From Basidiobolus meristosporus CBS 931.73 (taxonomy: Eukaryota > Fungi > Basidiobolomycota), in NCBI GenBank assembly GCA_002104905.1, contig MCFE01000324.1:30910-94909 (forward strand): a stretch of 64,000 nt of DNA, given 5' to 3'. Shown one piece after another: positions 63,768 through 64,000 of the stretch (position 1 is its first letter; every line of letters starts with the position of its first letter). A program made the translations under genes and the position numbers. The notes beneath the pieces are model-generated. The model saw nothing but the letters and a program-made list of their open reading frames with translations. It was not told the DNA's origin and searched no databases.

Positions 63768-64000
63768 GGGTTAGGGTTAGGGTTAGGGTTAGGGTTAGGG
63801 TTAGGGTTAGGGTTAGGTTAGGGTTAGGGTTAGGGTTAGGTTAGGGTTAGGGTTAGGGTTAGGGTTAGGGTTAGGGTTAGGGTTAGGGTTAGGGTTAGGG
63901 TTAGGGTTAGGGTTAGGGTTAGGGTTAGGGTTAGGGTTAGGGTTAGGGTTAGGGTTAGGGTTAGGGTTAGGGTTAGGGTTAGGGTTAGGGTTAGGGTTAG
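63768..64000 (+). repeat. Telomere (TTAGGG)n, about 39 repeats visible, with one TTAGG variant near 63813
   Basis: Direct reading; G-rich strand runs 5'->3' toward the window end. Confidence 0.99.

Overview
Last 64 kb of a fungal chromosome arm, ending in a (TTAGGG)n telomere at the right edge. Short spliceosomal introns, a fused single-chain ATP-citrate lyase and an AA11-CBM5/12 LPMO suggest an early-diverging fungus (Zoopagomycota/Mucoromycota-like; lineage is inference). The window has three zones. (1) 1-45.9 kb: compact housekeeping genes (CLC, eIF4G, VMA13, DRS2, ODC/SPE1, UPF3, NSL1, UTP23, ACL, KGD4, PHB2, RPL18, ADE16, H2B, TED1, PRE3, eIF2A, SPC25) plus three small secreted-protein genes. 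ODC carries a candidate non-AUG, PPW-motif regulatory uORF. (2) 46-55.2 kb: a subtelomeric secreted-protein island with two near-identical chitin LPMO genes and two genes for an identical 55-aa conotoxin-like cystine-knot peptide that the ORF track misses. (3) 55.26-63.77 kb: a head-to-tail array of eight co-oriented retro-units with 5' ends toward the telomere, joined by short telomeric-repeat remnants. They fall into four families: two LINE-type RT families, an RT-less coding unit and a tRNA-headed SINE-like unit. All four end in the same invariant 16-mer, a conserved two-hairpin RNA structure and a C-rich telomere-complementary tail. This telomere-targeted LINE/partner-ORF/SINE consortium is the best candidate for an undescribed system.
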